From Patescibacteria group bacterium (GTDB lineage Bacteria; Patescibacteriota; Microgenomatia; JAMCZE01): DNA of 64,000 bases. The DNA is taken from positions 1,358 to 65,357 of the forward strand of contig JAMCZE010000004.1 of NCBI GenBank assembly GCA_023485845.1. Direction: 5' to 3'. Below are positions 50,073 to 59,589 of this stretch, piece by piece. Position 1 is the stretch's first letter. Every line of letters starts with the position of its first letter. The position numbers and the translations under genes are program-made. The notes under the pieces were generated by a model. That model searched no databases. It was given only the letters and a program-made list of their open reading frames with translations, and was not told where the DNA came from.

Positions 50073-51115
50073 TTCTCTTTGTCGGGGGGTTTCTCTTGTT
50101 TGGCCTGATGATGGTTTATGAGTCCTCTTCGGCTCAGGCGCTGGCCAGCTTCAATGATAAATATTATTTTCTTAAGGAACAGGTTAAATGGGTGATTTTG
50201 GGACTGTCGGCCGGCACGGTGGCGTTTTTCTTTGACTACCGGCAGCTGCGCCAACTTGCCCTGCCGGCGCTTTTAGCCACCATTTTTTTGCTGATTGCCG
50301 TTTTCTTGCCGGGGATTGGGGTGGCGGCCTATGGGGCCCACCGCTGGATTAACTTGGGGATCACGGTCCTTCAGCCATCGGAGCTGGCTAAGTTAACGCT
50401 GGTCATTTATTTGGCGGCTTGGCTGACCACCAAAGAAAAGAGCCGGCTGGTGTCCTTTTTGCTTTTAATCGGCCTTTTGGTAGGACTAATTATGCTGGAG
50501 CCGGACATGGGAACGGCCATTGTTTTGTTTGGCAGCGCGATGTCGATCTATTTTATCTCCGACAGCGAAATTCTCGGCTTAATCTATCTTTTGCCTTTGA
50601 TGGTTTTAGGAGCCGTTGGGCTGGCGATTAAATCCCCTTATCGGCTCAAGCGGATCACCACTTTTTTTGACCCGGAATCCGATCCGCTTGGCGCCTCCTA
50701 TCACATTCGCCAGGCCTTAATTGCCCTGGGCAGCGGGGGATTGTTTGGTCTGGGGCTGGGCAACTCCCGGCAAAAATATTCCTATCTGCCGGAAGCGACC
50801 AGCGACTCCATATTTGCTATTATTGGTGAAGAACTTGGCCTCATTGGCGCGGCGGTGTTGATTTTTGCCTACGGCTATTTTCTCTACCAGTGTTTGAAAT
50901 TGACCCTGGAAGTCAAAGACGTTTTCGGGCGGTTTTTGGGGATGGGGATTATCTTTTGGTTGGGAATTCAAGTGGTGGTTAATTTGGCCTCGATGGTCGC
51001 CCTAATTCCTTTAACCGGCGTGCCGCTGCCGTTTATCTCTTACGGCGGCTCCGCGTTAGTTGTAGAATTAGTTGGCATCGGCATCCTGGGCAACATCTGG
51101 AAACAAAACTTATGA
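50051..51115 (+). CDS. ftsW: SEDS peptidoglycan glycosyltransferase FtsW
   Basis: RWI, QPSELAK, EPDMG, LPEATSD.IF, TGVPLPFISYGGS; GTG start inferred. Confidence 0.9.
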   Translation: MARGNKIILFVGGFLLFGLMMVYESSSAQALASFNDKYYFLKEQVKWVILGLSAGTVAFFFDYRQLRQLALPALLATIFLLIAVFLPGIGVAAYGAHRWINLGITVLQPSELAKLTLVIYLAAWLTTKEKSRLVSFLLLIGLLVGLIMLEPDMGTAIVLFGSAMSIYFISDSEILGLIYLLPLMVLGAVGLAIKSPYRLKRITTFFDPESDPLGASYHIRQALIALGSGGLFGLGLGNSRQKYSYLPEATSDSIFAIIGEELGLIGAAVLIFAYGYFLYQCLKLTLEVKDVFGRFLGMGIIFWLGIQVVVNLASMVALIPLTGVPLPFISYGGSALVVELVGIGILGNIWKQNL

Positions 51116-52200
51116 AAAAGATTTTTATCACCGGGGGACATTTTGCGCCGGCGAAAGCAGTGATTCAAGAGTTGAGCAAAAGGGCAAGTTGGGAGATCTT
51201 TTATCTTGGCCGCAAGCACAGCATGGAAGATGACAAAGCGGTGGCCTTGGAATATTCGGAAATTCAGGCCATGCAAAATGTCACCTATTTAACTATCACT
51301 ACTGGCCGGCTCCAGCGGCAATTTTTTGTCAACGTTTTTCAATCGGTGAAAGCAGTTTTAAAGGTCGTGATCGGCCTGACTCAATCCCCGTTTTGGCTGA
51401 TTAAATATCGGCCCAATGTGATTCTTTCTTTTGGCGGCTATGTGGCCGTGCCGGTGGTTTTCTGGGCTTGGGTGTTTCGCCTTAAAATTTTTACCCACGA
51501 ACAAACCACGGTTTATGGCCGGTCCAATAAATTCATTTCCCTTCTGGCCGATAAAATTCTGGTCTCCTGGCCGGAAAGCCTCCAGCATTTTCCCGCCAAT
51601 CGCGTTATCTTAACCGGCAATCCTCTCCGCGAAGAAATTCTTCGCCAACGACCAACGGCCAACGACCAACGGCCAACGATTTATGTCACCGGGGGAAGTC
51701 AAGGAGCGCATGTAATTAATATTGCCATTGAAAAAATTCTGCCGGAACTGGTGAAAAAATATCAGGTTATTTACCAAACCGGCGATGCCGGCCGCTATCA
51801 TGATTATGAACGGCTGGTAAAGTTAGAATCAAAACGTTATATCGTTCGGCGGCAGTTTAGTGGATTGGAGAGTGCTGACGCTCTTGCCAAAGCCACCTTA
51901 ATCATCAGCCGGGCGGGAGCCAACACCGTTTGTGAAATTCTGGCGCTGGGGAAGATGGCAATTTTAATTCCCCTGCCCTATTCTTTTGAACATGAACAGG
52001 AGAAGAATGGGCAGATGGTGGCCGGCGCCGGCCTGGGTGAAGTTTTGCCCCAGGAGGATTTAACCCCCAAAAAACTACTTTCGTTAATTGAGGATATGCT
52101 GACAAATAAAGACCGTTATCTTTCCCACGTCTCTTCCGCCAAAAAACTCGTCTCTCTCTCCGCCGCCCAAAAAATCGTCGAAGAGTTGGGAAAAACCTGA
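51112..52200 (+). CDS. murG: Undecaprenyl-PP-MurNAc-pentapeptide GlcNAc transferase
   Basis: TGGH..PA, FGGYV, HEQ, GNPLR, GGSQGA, SRAGA. Confidence 0.95.
   Translation: MKKIFITGGHFAPAKAVIQELSKRASWEIFYLGRKHSMEDDKAVALEYSEIQAMQNVTYLTITTGRLQRQFFVNVFQSVKAVLKVVIGLTQSPFWLIKYRPNVILSFGGYVAVPVVFWAWVFRLKIFTHEQTTVYGRSNKFISLLADKILVSWPESLQHFPANRVILTGNPLREEILRQRPTANDQRPTIYVTGGSQGAHVINIAIEKILPELVKKYQVIYQTGDAGRYHDYERLVKLESKRYIVRRQFSGLESADALAKATLIISRAGANTVCEILALGKMAILIPLPYSFEHEQEKNGQMVAGAGLGEVLPQEDLTPKKLLSLIEDMLTNKDRYLSHVSSAKKLVSLSAAQKIVEELGKT
51645..51679. repeat. Heptamer tandem array inside murG
   Basis: CCAACGA/CCAACGG x5, encoding QRPTANDQRPT. Confidence 0.9.
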
Positions 52201-52224
52201 TCACACACCTAGTGTGTGAGAACA

Positions 52225-52584
52225 ATGATAAAAAAGAAAATAGTCATTATTGCTATTATTTTGCTTGCTGTTGCCGGAATAATTTTTTGGCAGCGGGAGA
52301 GGATTTGGCCGCAGCACACAATGAAAGCGGCGGTGAGCCAGGGAGATGTGACTGGTGCCCTGGTGGGGCAACTGGAAGCAGTCGGTTTTGTCCCCCAACA
52401 AGCGCCATTGGTTTTGGGCGACGCTGTTATTGCCACCGTTTCCGGCATTAAAGTCTACTTTTCCCGCGACAAGGACTTCGCCACCCAAGTGCGCTCTTTA
52501 CAACTGCTTCTGTCGCGCCGTACAATAGAAGCAATGCCGGCGGAGATTGACCTGAGATTTACAAAGGCGGTTTTAAGATTTTAA
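52225..52584 (+). CDS. Minimal FtsQ/DivIB-like protein
   Basis: Position between murG and ftsA, N-terminal TM, C-terminal IDLRF. Confidence 0.65.
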   Translation: MIKKKIVIIAIILLAVAGIIFWQRERIWPQHTMKAAVSQGDVTGALVGQLEAVGFVPQQAPLVLGDAVIATVSGIKVYFSRDKDFATQVRSLQLLLSRRTIEAMPAEIDLRFTKAVLRF

Positions 52585-52585
52585 G

Positions 52586-53887
52586 ATGGCCCGAGACAAA
52601 ATTATCACGGCGATTGACGTTGGTTCCTCAAAGGTGACCACGGTTATCGCCAGCAATTTGAAAGAAGACAAGCTGTCCGTGATTGGCGTTTCCACTATTC
52701 CCTCAAAGGGCCTTCGCAAGGGCCAAATCGTGGACATCGAAGAGTCGGTGGCCGCCATTTCCCAAAGCGTCGAAGCGGCGGAGCGGATGGCCGGGCTGTC
52801 AGTGGGGTCCGCCTATGTTTCCATCGGCGGGGCCCATATTACCAGCCAAAATAGCAAAGGAGTGGTGGCGGTGGCTAACCCCGAGGGGGAAATCACTTCG
52901 GAAGATGTCCATCGGGTGGTGGAGGCGGCCCGGGCGGTTTCCCTGCCATCATCGCGGGAAATCCTTCATGTTTTGCCGCGGGATTTTGTGGTTGACGGCC
53001 AGGCGGGCATTAAAGACCCCCTGGGAATGACCGGCGTGCGCCTCGAAGTGGACACGCAAATTGTCACCGGCTCAACCACGGCGATTCGCAACTTGGCCAA
53101 ATGTGTCGGGGAAGTGGGGGTGGACATCGAGTCCTTGGTTTTCTCCGGTTTGGCGGCCTCCACGGCTGTTTTATCGGACACAGAAAAAGAACTGGGTGTC
53201 ATCTTAGTGGACATCGGGGCGGGCACCACCGATGTGGCCATTTGGGTGGACGGCGCCCTGTCCTATTCGGCGGTTTTGCCGGTGGGGGCTAGAAACGTGA
53301 CTAATGACATTGCCGTCGGCCTACGAGTGAGCCTGGAAAGCGCCGAGAAAATAAAGTTATTACTGTCAGAGAAACCCAGACCAATGGAAGCGGTGAAAGC
53401 GGCCGATGAGGTGGATTTGTCCGGTCTGGGGTTGACGGAGGATGTTAAAAAAATCTCCCGCAAAACCCTGACTGAAGGCATTATTAAGCCGCGCCTTTTG
53501 GAAATTTTCACCTTTGTGGGGATGGAAATTCAAAAAAGCGGCTTTGGAGGTATGACCCCCTCTGGCGTGGTGGTCACGGGCGGGGGAGCGGAAACGGTGG
53601 GCATTTTGGAAGCTTGCCGGACCCGGTTGGTGATGCCCTGCCGGGTGGGCAGTCCCTTTGCAGTGGGAACCAACGAAGAAATTCGCCTGACCGGGCTAAC
53701 CGATGAACTTAATTCTCCAATGTTTTCCAGCGCGGTGGGACTGATCCTTTATAACACTCTGGGGCTGGAAGAAACCAAATTGGATTCCGGACCGAAGATT
53801 TCGTTGCCGAAGGTCTCCTTGCCAAAGTTGCCGGCCTTTGGTAAGATGACCCAAATTACTAAACTTCTCAAATCGTTTCTGCCCTAG
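52586..53887 (+). CDS. ftsA: Cell division protein FtsA
   Basis: IDVGSSK, P.GM.GVRLE, DIGAGTT, VTGGGA. Confidence 0.96.
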   Translation: MARDKIITAIDVGSSKVTTVIASNLKEDKLSVIGVSTIPSKGLRKGQIVDIEESVAAISQSVEAAERMAGLSVGSAYVSIGGAHITSQNSKGVVAVANPEGEITSEDVHRVVEAARAVSLPSSREILHVLPRDFVVDGQAGIKDPLGMTGVRLEVDTQIVTGSTTAIRNLAKCVGEVGVDIESLVFSGLAASTAVLSDTEKELGVILVDIGAGTTDVAIWVDGALSYSAVLPVGARNVTNDIAVGLRVSLESAEKIKLLLSEKPRPMEAVKAADEVDLSGLGLTEDVKKISRKTLTEGIIKPRLLEIFTFVGMEIQKSGFGGMTPSGVVVTGGGAETVGILEACRTRLVMPCRVGSPFAVGTNEEIRLTGLTDELNSPMFSSAVGLILYNTLGLEETKLDSGPKISLPKVSLPKLPAFGKMTQITKLLKSFLP

Positions 53888-53900
53888 AGAAAGTTACTAA

Positions 53901-55052
53901 ATGCTGATTAAACCAGACCTAACCAGGTTTGCCAAAATTAAGGTGGTGGGAGTGGGCGGCGGCGGCGGAAACGCGGTGGCCTCCATGGTGAACGCCGGAA
54001 CCATTAAAGGTGTGGATTTTGTGGCCGTCAACACCGACGCCCAGGTGCTTTTAACTAATCCAGCAACCACAAAGATTCAGATTGGGGAAAACCTCACCCG
54101 GGGGTTGGGGTCCGGCGGCAGTCCGGAGATCGGCCAAAAGGCGGCGGAAGAATCGGCCAAAAAAATTGAAGAAAAAATTGCCGACGCGGATATGATTTTT
54201 GTGGCCGCCGGGATGGGCGGCGGCACAGGCACTGGCGCTTCCTCGGTGATTGCCGACATTGCCAAAAAAGCCGGAGTGCTCACGGTGGGGGTGGTCACCA
54301 AACCGTTTGCTTTTGAAGGGACGGCCCGCAGTGTTATTGCCGAAGAGGGGATCGCGACGTTAAAAGACAAGGTTGATGCTTTAATTGTGATCCCTAACCA
54401 GCGGATTTTGGAAACGGTGGACAAGAAAGTGACTCTTTTGGAAGCTTTCCGGATGGCCGACTCGGTGTTAACCGCTTCCGTTCAGGGTATTTCCGATTTA
54501 ATTGTCATGCCGGGACTGATTAACCGGGATTTTGCCGACGTTAAATCAATTATGGCCAATGCCGGCTCGGCCCTAATGGGCATTGGCATCGGGACCGGGG
54601 AAAATCGGGCGGGATCGGCAGCCCGGCAGGCGATTTCTTCCCCGCTTTTGGAACTGACGATTGACGGGGCCAAAGGGGTGCTGTTTAACATCATCGGCGG
54701 ACCGGATCTGACGATGGCGGAAGTGGACGAAGCGGCCAAGATTATTGCCAATGCCGCCGACCCCGATGCCAAGGTGATTTTCGGAGCCACCATTGATGAT
54801 TCGCTGGTTGATCAACTAAAAATCACGGTGATTGCTACCGGTTTTGATGAAAACCGCCAGCGGCTGCGGGAACTGCGCTATGAACGGCCGGTGGCGGCTA
54901 CTCCTACGGCTCCTGCCGTTGGCCAACGGCAACAAACACCGCCGGAACCGCCGGAAAAACCGGAACCCGAAGAACAACCGACCCCCGGTGTCCCGTTCGA
55001 TGAATTCGGCGACGAGTTCGACATCCCCGCCTTCTTGCGAAAAGGAAAGTGA
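53901..55052 (+). CDS. ftsZ: Cell division protein FtsZ
   Basis: GVGGGGGNA, GMGGGTGTG, C-terminal DIPAFLR. Confidence 0.98.
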   Translation: MLIKPDLTRFAKIKVVGVGGGGGNAVASMVNAGTIKGVDFVAVNTDAQVLLTNPATTKIQIGENLTRGLGSGGSPEIGQKAAEESAKKIEEKIADADMIFVAAGMGGGTGTGASSVIADIAKKAGVLTVGVVTKPFAFEGTARSVIAEEGIATLKDKVDALIVIPNQRILETVDKKVTLLEAFRMADSVLTASVQGISDLIVMPGLINRDFADVKSIMANAGSALMGIGIGTGENRAGSAARQAISSPLLELTIDGAKGVLFNIIGGPDLTMAEVDEAAKIIANAADPDAKVIFGATIDDSLVDQLKITVIATGFDENRQRLRELRYERPVAATPTAPAVGQRQQTPPEPPEKPEPEEQPTPGVPFDEFGDEFDIPAFLRKGK

Positions 55053-55064
55053 TACAATTAACTA

Positions 55065-55379
55065 ATGATCGAGAAAATAACAGGGTATAGTTTATTAGCC
55101 GTGGGCATTGCGGCGATTGTGTTTGCCGCGTTTAATGTCTACTTCGTTTTTACCAAGCAAGCTCTACCGATTCAGGTTTTTAATTTCCCGGCGGTTTCCA
55201 TGGAACTGGTGCCGGGAACAAAGCCGGTGGAGCTGGTCTCCGCCGACATGCTCAACCAATCATCCAATCTTCTTGCCCACCTGCTCTTAATGGGTTTTAT
55301 CGCCAGCATTGGCCAAAAACTCGCTTCCTTGGGTGTCCAACTTCTCCGCCCGATTGTGGTGAAGGTTAAAGAGGGGTAA
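55065..55379 (+). CDS. Small 2-TM membrane protein
   Basis: Two hydrophobic segments; TG-a-TACAAT 6 nt upstream. Confidence 0.7.
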   Translation: MIEKITGYSLLAVGIAAIVFAAFNVYFVFTKQALPIQVFNFPAVSMELVPGTKPVELVSADMLNQSSNLLAHLLLMGFIASIGQKLASLGVQLLRPIVVKVKEG

Positions 55380-55388
55380 AATTGCTTC

Positions 55389-58244
55389 ATGTTTAAGCCG
55401 GTTGATCCAAAAGTGAACTTTGCCGAAATGGAGAAGGGGATTTTGGCGTGGTGGGACCAAGCGGGGGTCGTTAATAAATACCTCCATAAAAACGATCAGG
55501 CAAAAAAAAAGTTTTCTTTTCTGGACGGCCCGATCACGGCTAATAATCCGATGGGTGTCCACCATGCCTGGGGCCGGACTTATAAGGACCTTTGGCAGCG
55601 CTACCACAATATGCTCGGAGAGAAAGGCCGCTTCCAAAACGGCTTTGACTGCCAGGGCCTTTGGGTGGAAGTGGAAGTGGAAAAGGAACTTGGCTTTAAA
55701 TCAAAGAAAGACATCGAAACCTACGGAATTGCCAACTTCGTGAACAAATGCAAGGAGCGGGTGATTAAATACTCCGGCATCCAAACAGAACAGAGCAAAC
55801 GGCTGGGCTATTTTATGGACTGGGACCATTCCTATTTCACCATGTCCGAAGAAAATAACTACGCGATTTGGAATTTTCTGAAAGTTTGCGCCGACCGCGG
55901 TTGGATCTACAAAGGACATGAATCCATTCCCTGGTGCCCCCGCTGCGAAACGGCCATTTCTCAGCATGAAATCCTCACCGAGGACTATAAAGAAATTACC
56001 CACGAGTCAATCATTTTGGAATTTCCGATTGTTGGCCATGACCGGGAGTTTCTTTTGGTCTGGACAACCACTCCTTGGACCATTCCCGCGAATATCGCCG
56101 TTGCCGTTGATGAAAAGCAAGATTATAGCCTGGTTAAAGGCGGGGACGGCAATAAATTCTGGTTGGCAAAAAACCTGGTTGATAGCGTTTTCAAAAACAG
56201 TCAGAAAGAGGTTTTAAAGACAGTTAAAGGCAGGGAGCTGGCGGGATTGAAATACACCGGGCCGTTCGACGATTTGGAAGCAGTGGCTAAGGCGGCCAAG
56301 GAAAATGAGACAAAATTCCACATTGTCGTGCCCACTGACGATCAAATAATGCCTATTTCCATGGAGGAAGGAACCGGTTTGGTGCACACAGCAGTCAGTG
56401 CCGGTGAAGAGGATTTTAAATTGGGGAAAAAGCTAGGTTTGCCGATGATTCCGGTGATTGCCGATAATGCCGATTATCTTCCCGGTTTAGGACGGTTTTC
56501 CGGACAAAATGCCAAAAAGAACCCGCGATTGATCCTCGATTATCTTGAAGAACGAGAAAAATCAGGTAAAGATACAGTTTTTTCAATTTTCTCTTACACC
56601 CATCGTTATCCCGCTTGTTGGCGGTGCAAAACGGAGTTGGTTTGGAAGGTGGCCGATGAATGGTATATTGCCATGGACCGGCCTGACAAAAGCGGGAAAA
56701 CACTGCGGGAGCAGCTTAAAACGGTGACAAAAAAAATAAACTGGCGGCCTGCCTTTGGTCTTGATCGGGAATTGGACTGGTTGGAGAATATGCATGATTG
56801 GCTGATTTCCAAGAAGAATCGTTATTGGGGCCTAGCGCTGCCAATTTATGAATGCCTCAAGTGCGGCCATTTTGAAGTGATCAGAAGTAAAGAAGAGCTA
56901 AAAAAGCGGGCCGTCAGCGGTTGGGAAAAATTTGAGGGCAACACTCCCCACCGTCCCTGGATTGATGAAGTGAAAATTAAATGCACCGGATGTGGAGAAG
57001 TTGTTTCCCGGATTTTGGATGTGGGCAATCCCTGGCTGGATGCTGGCATTGTGTCCGTTTCCACCATGCCGCAGGACTGGTTTCCGGCCGATTTTATCAC
57101 CGAGTCTTTCCCGGGCCAGTTTAAAAACTGGTTCTATTCTTTGATTGTGATGGGAATGGTGCTGCGAAAAACTAACCCGTTTAAAACAGTTCTTGGTTTT
57201 GGCACGCTTTTGGGGGAAGATGGCCGGCCGATGCATAAGTCCTGGGGCAACTCCATTGAATTTAACGAAGGGGCGGATAAAATTGGTGTTGATGTGATGC
57301 GCTGGATGTATGCCACCCACCAGCCGGAAGAGAACCTTTTGTTTGGCTACCGGGTGGCCGATGAAACCCGGCGCAAGTTTCATCTGATGCTTTGGAATGT
57401 TTACAACTTTTTCGTTACATATGCTAATTTATCGGGTTGGGATAATAGCTTCAAGAGACCACCTCTCTTGAAGCTGGATGAATGGATTCTGGTCCGATTG
57501 GAGGAAACGATCAATAAAGTGACTAAGTCCCTGGATCAATATGATGCCTATCGCGCCAGCACGGCCATTGCCGCTTTTGTTGAAGATCTATCATTGTGGT
57601 ATGTTCGCCGGAGCCGGGACCGGCTGGGACCGGAATTTTTCAATACCTGCTATCGGGTTTTGGTGACCTTATGCCAACTTCTGGCTCCGTTCACGCCGTT
57701 TATTGCCGAAGAAATGTATAAAAACTTGACCGGGGAGGAGAGTGTGCATCTCACAAAATGGCCACGAGCAGGAAAGCAGGAAAGCAGGAAAGCAGGAAAG
57801 CTAATTGAAGAAATGACACTAGTCAGGAAAGTTTGCGAGATTGGGCACGCCAAGCGCAAAGAAGCGGGGATTAAAGTGAGACAGCCGCTGGCGAAATTTA
57901 CAATTTTCAGCCCGCCTGCCGGACGGGCAGGTTCTCAATTTTCAATGAATGACCAATTGATCCAATTAATCAAGGACGAACTAAATGTTAAAGAAGTTGT
58001 TTGGAAAAAGGGGGAAGAATTAGCGGTGGAGTTGGATACAAAGTTGACGCCGGAGTTGGAGGCGGAAGGAAGAGCCCGGGAAATTGTCCGGCAGATTCAG
58101 GACGCGCGCAAAGAAGCGGGAACGGCGTTGGATCAAAAAATTAGCGTCACTTTGCCTGACTGGCCGGCGGCGTTTACAGACTACATTAAAAAAGAGACAT
58201 TAGCTATCAAACTCACAAAGGGGGACAAGTTTGAAATCGCTTGA
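55389..58244 (+). CDS. ileS: Isoleucine--tRNA ligase, type 2
   Basis: FLDGPITANNPMGVHH, GFDCQGL, WTTTPWT, GTGLVH, PMHKS.GN, EG.AREIVR.IQ..RK. Confidence 0.95.
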   Translation: MFKPVDPKVNFAEMEKGILAWWDQAGVVNKYLHKNDQAKKKFSFLDGPITANNPMGVHHAWGRTYKDLWQRYHNMLGEKGRFQNGFDCQGLWVEVEVEKELGFKSKKDIETYGIANFVNKCKERVIKYSGIQTEQSKRLGYFMDWDHSYFTMSEENNYAIWNFLKVCADRGWIYKGHESIPWCPRCETAISQHEILTEDYKEITHESIILEFPIVGHDREFLLVWTTTPWTIPANIAVAVDEKQDYSLVKGGDGNKFWLAKNLVDSVFKNSQKEVLKTVKGRELAGLKYTGPFDDLEAVAKAAKENETKFHIVVPTDDQIMPISMEEGTGLVHTAVSAGEEDFKLGKKLGLPMIPVIADNADYLPGLGRFSGQNAKKNPRLILDYLEEREKSGKDTVFSIFSYTHRYPACWRCKTELVWKVADEWYIAMDRPDKSGKTLREQLKTVTKKINWRPAFGLDRELDWLENMHDWLISKKNRYWGLALPIYECLKCGHFEVIRSKEELKKRAVSGWEKFEGNTPHRPWIDEVKIKCTGCGEVVSRILDVGNPWLDAGIVSVSTMPQDWFPADFITESFPGQFKNWFYSLIVMGMVLRKTNPFKTVLGFGTLLGEDGRPMHKSWGNSIEFNEGADKIGVDVMRWMYATHQPEENLLFGYRVADETRRKFHLMLWNVYNFFVTYANLSGWDNSFKRPPLLKLDEWILVRLEETINKVTKSLDQYDAYRASTAIAAFVEDLSLWYVRRSRDRLGPEFFNTCYRVLVTLCQLLAPFTPFIAEEMYKNLTGEESVHLTKWPRAGKQESRKAGKLIEEMTLVRKVCEIGHAKRKEAGIKVRQPLAKFTIFSPPAGRAGSQFSMNDQLIQLIKDELNVKEVVWKKGEELAVELDTKLTPELEAEGRAREIVRQIQDARKEAGTALDQKISVTLPDWPAAFTDYIKKETLAIKLTKGDKFEIA
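57447..57475. repeat. Perfect 12-bp inverted repeat inside ileS
   Basis: AGCTTCAAGAGA-CCACC-TCTCTTGAAGCT. Confidence 0.8.
57767..57801. repeat. Octamer tandem array inside ileS
   Basis: (AGCAGGAA)x4 + AGC, encoding AGKQESRKAGK. Confidence 0.9.
57894..57950. repeat. Degenerate CAATTTT array with nested GC-rich palindrome inside ileS
   Basis: ACAATTTTCA..[CCTGCC-GGACG-GGCAGG]..TCTCAATTTTCAATG. Confidence 0.7.
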
Positions 58245-59274
58245 CTGGCCGATTTTAGTTCTTACTCTCATCCTTTGCGGTTTTGGCGCGGCGATTATCG
58301 GCAGTGTTGCCCCGGAAGTCCTCTTGCCCCAGATCTTGTTTTATTTGGTCGGCCTGGGCTTGTTTTTTGTCATTTCTAACCTTGATTTTCGCATCTACGC
58401 CAGTTTTGGAAAATTAATCTATATCGCCGCGATCGTTTTGCTTTCAATAACACTCTTTATCGGCCTGGAAACTCGGGGAGCGGTTCGTTGGATCCCTCTG
58501 GGACCGTTTCGGTTGCAGTTTTCCGAGATTCTTAAGCCGTTTCTTATTGTTTCCTTTGCCTCATTTTTGTCATCGGGCAAATCATATTTTAAATCATTAA
58601 TCTGGATTGCGATTCCGCTGGGCCTAATATTTAAGCAACCGGATTTGGGCAGCGCTTTGGTTTACGCCATCGCCTTTGGGGCGATGATTTTGTCCTCGGG
58701 AATAAATCTTATTTATCCCTTGCTTTGCGCCGTGGGCGCGGCCCTGGCGGCCCCGTTGGGCTGGAATTTTCTGGCACAATATCAACGCCAGCGAATCTTA
58801 ACCTTTCTTAACCCCGGGGCTGATCCCTTGGGAGCCAGCTATAACTCCATTCAATCCTTAATTACCGTTGGTTCAGGAATGTTTTTTGGCAAAGGGCTGG
58901 GGCAGGGGACCCAGTCACATTTAAGTTTTTTACCCGAGCGGCACACCGATTTTGTTTTTGCCAGCTTGGCTGAGGAAATGGGTTTTGTCGGAGCCACAAT
59001 TTTGCTTGGGGCCTTTTTTCTTCTCCTTTGGCGAATTTTTAAAATTGCCGGCAGTTGCAAAGACAAAACTGCCCGGTTGGCGGTCCTGGGCATTGGGGCG
59101 ATGCTTCTGGCACAAATTTTTGTCAATGTGGGCATGAATTTGGCCATTTTGCCGGTCACCGGCATCACTTTGCCGCTGGTTTCCTATGGCGGCAGCTCGG
59201 TTCTGGCCACGATGATTTCCTTGGGAATGGTTGCTGGCCTTGCTAAAGACCGTGGTTATGCGGTAGAATCATGA
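58231..59274 (+). CDS. rodA: SEDS protein RodA
   Basis: RWI, QFSEILK, QPDLGS, FLPERHTDF.F, TGITLPLVSYGGSS. Confidence 0.9.
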   Translation: MKSLDWPILVLTLILCGFGAAIIGSVAPEVLLPQILFYLVGLGLFFVISNLDFRIYASFGKLIYIAAIVLLSITLFIGLETRGAVRWIPLGPFRLQFSEILKPFLIVSFASFLSSGKSYFKSLIWIAIPLGLIFKQPDLGSALVYAIAFGAMILSSGINLIYPLLCAVGAALAAPLGWNFLAQYQRQRILTFLNPGADPLGASYNSIQSLITVGSGMFFGKGLGQGTQSHLSFLPERHTDFVFASLAEEMGFVGATILLGAFFLLLWRIFKIAGSCKDKTARLAVLGIGAMLLAQIFVNVGMNLAILPVTGITLPLVSYGGSSVLATMISLGMVAGLAKDRGYAVES

Positions 59275-59277
59275 CAT

Positions 59278-59589
59278 ATGGATTTTGCCGTTATTAAAAT
59301 TGCCGGAAAACAGCAGTTGGTCAAAGTCGGGGACGTCATTGCCGTTAATGCCAATCCTGGCGAGGTGGGCAAGTCGGTTGCCATTAAAGACGTGCTTCTA
59401 ATGGCCGGCGATAAGGATATCAAAGTGGGCACTCCCCTGGTGGACGGGGCAAAAGTGACCGGGGAAGTGACATTTGTGGGCAAAGGTGACAAACTCTATA
59501 TTCGCAAGTTCAAAGCTAAGTCCCGCTACCGGCGAACCACCGGATTTCGTCCGCAACTGTCCAAACTAAAAATCGTTTCAATTAGGTGA
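59278..59589 (+). CDS. rplU: 50S ribosomal protein L21
   Basis: FAVIKIAGKQ..V..GD, VGTPLV, KFKAKSRYRR..GFR. Confidence 0.96.
   Translation: MDFAVIKIAGKQQLVKVGDVIAVNANPGEVGKSVAIKDVLLMAGDKDIKVGTPLVDGAKVTGEVTFVGKGDKLYIRKFKAKSRYRRTTGFRPQLSKLKIVSIR

Noticed and set aside
54880-54995. Pro/Glu-rich repetitive stretch in ftsZ
   Set aside because: Ordinary disordered FtsZ C-terminal linker.
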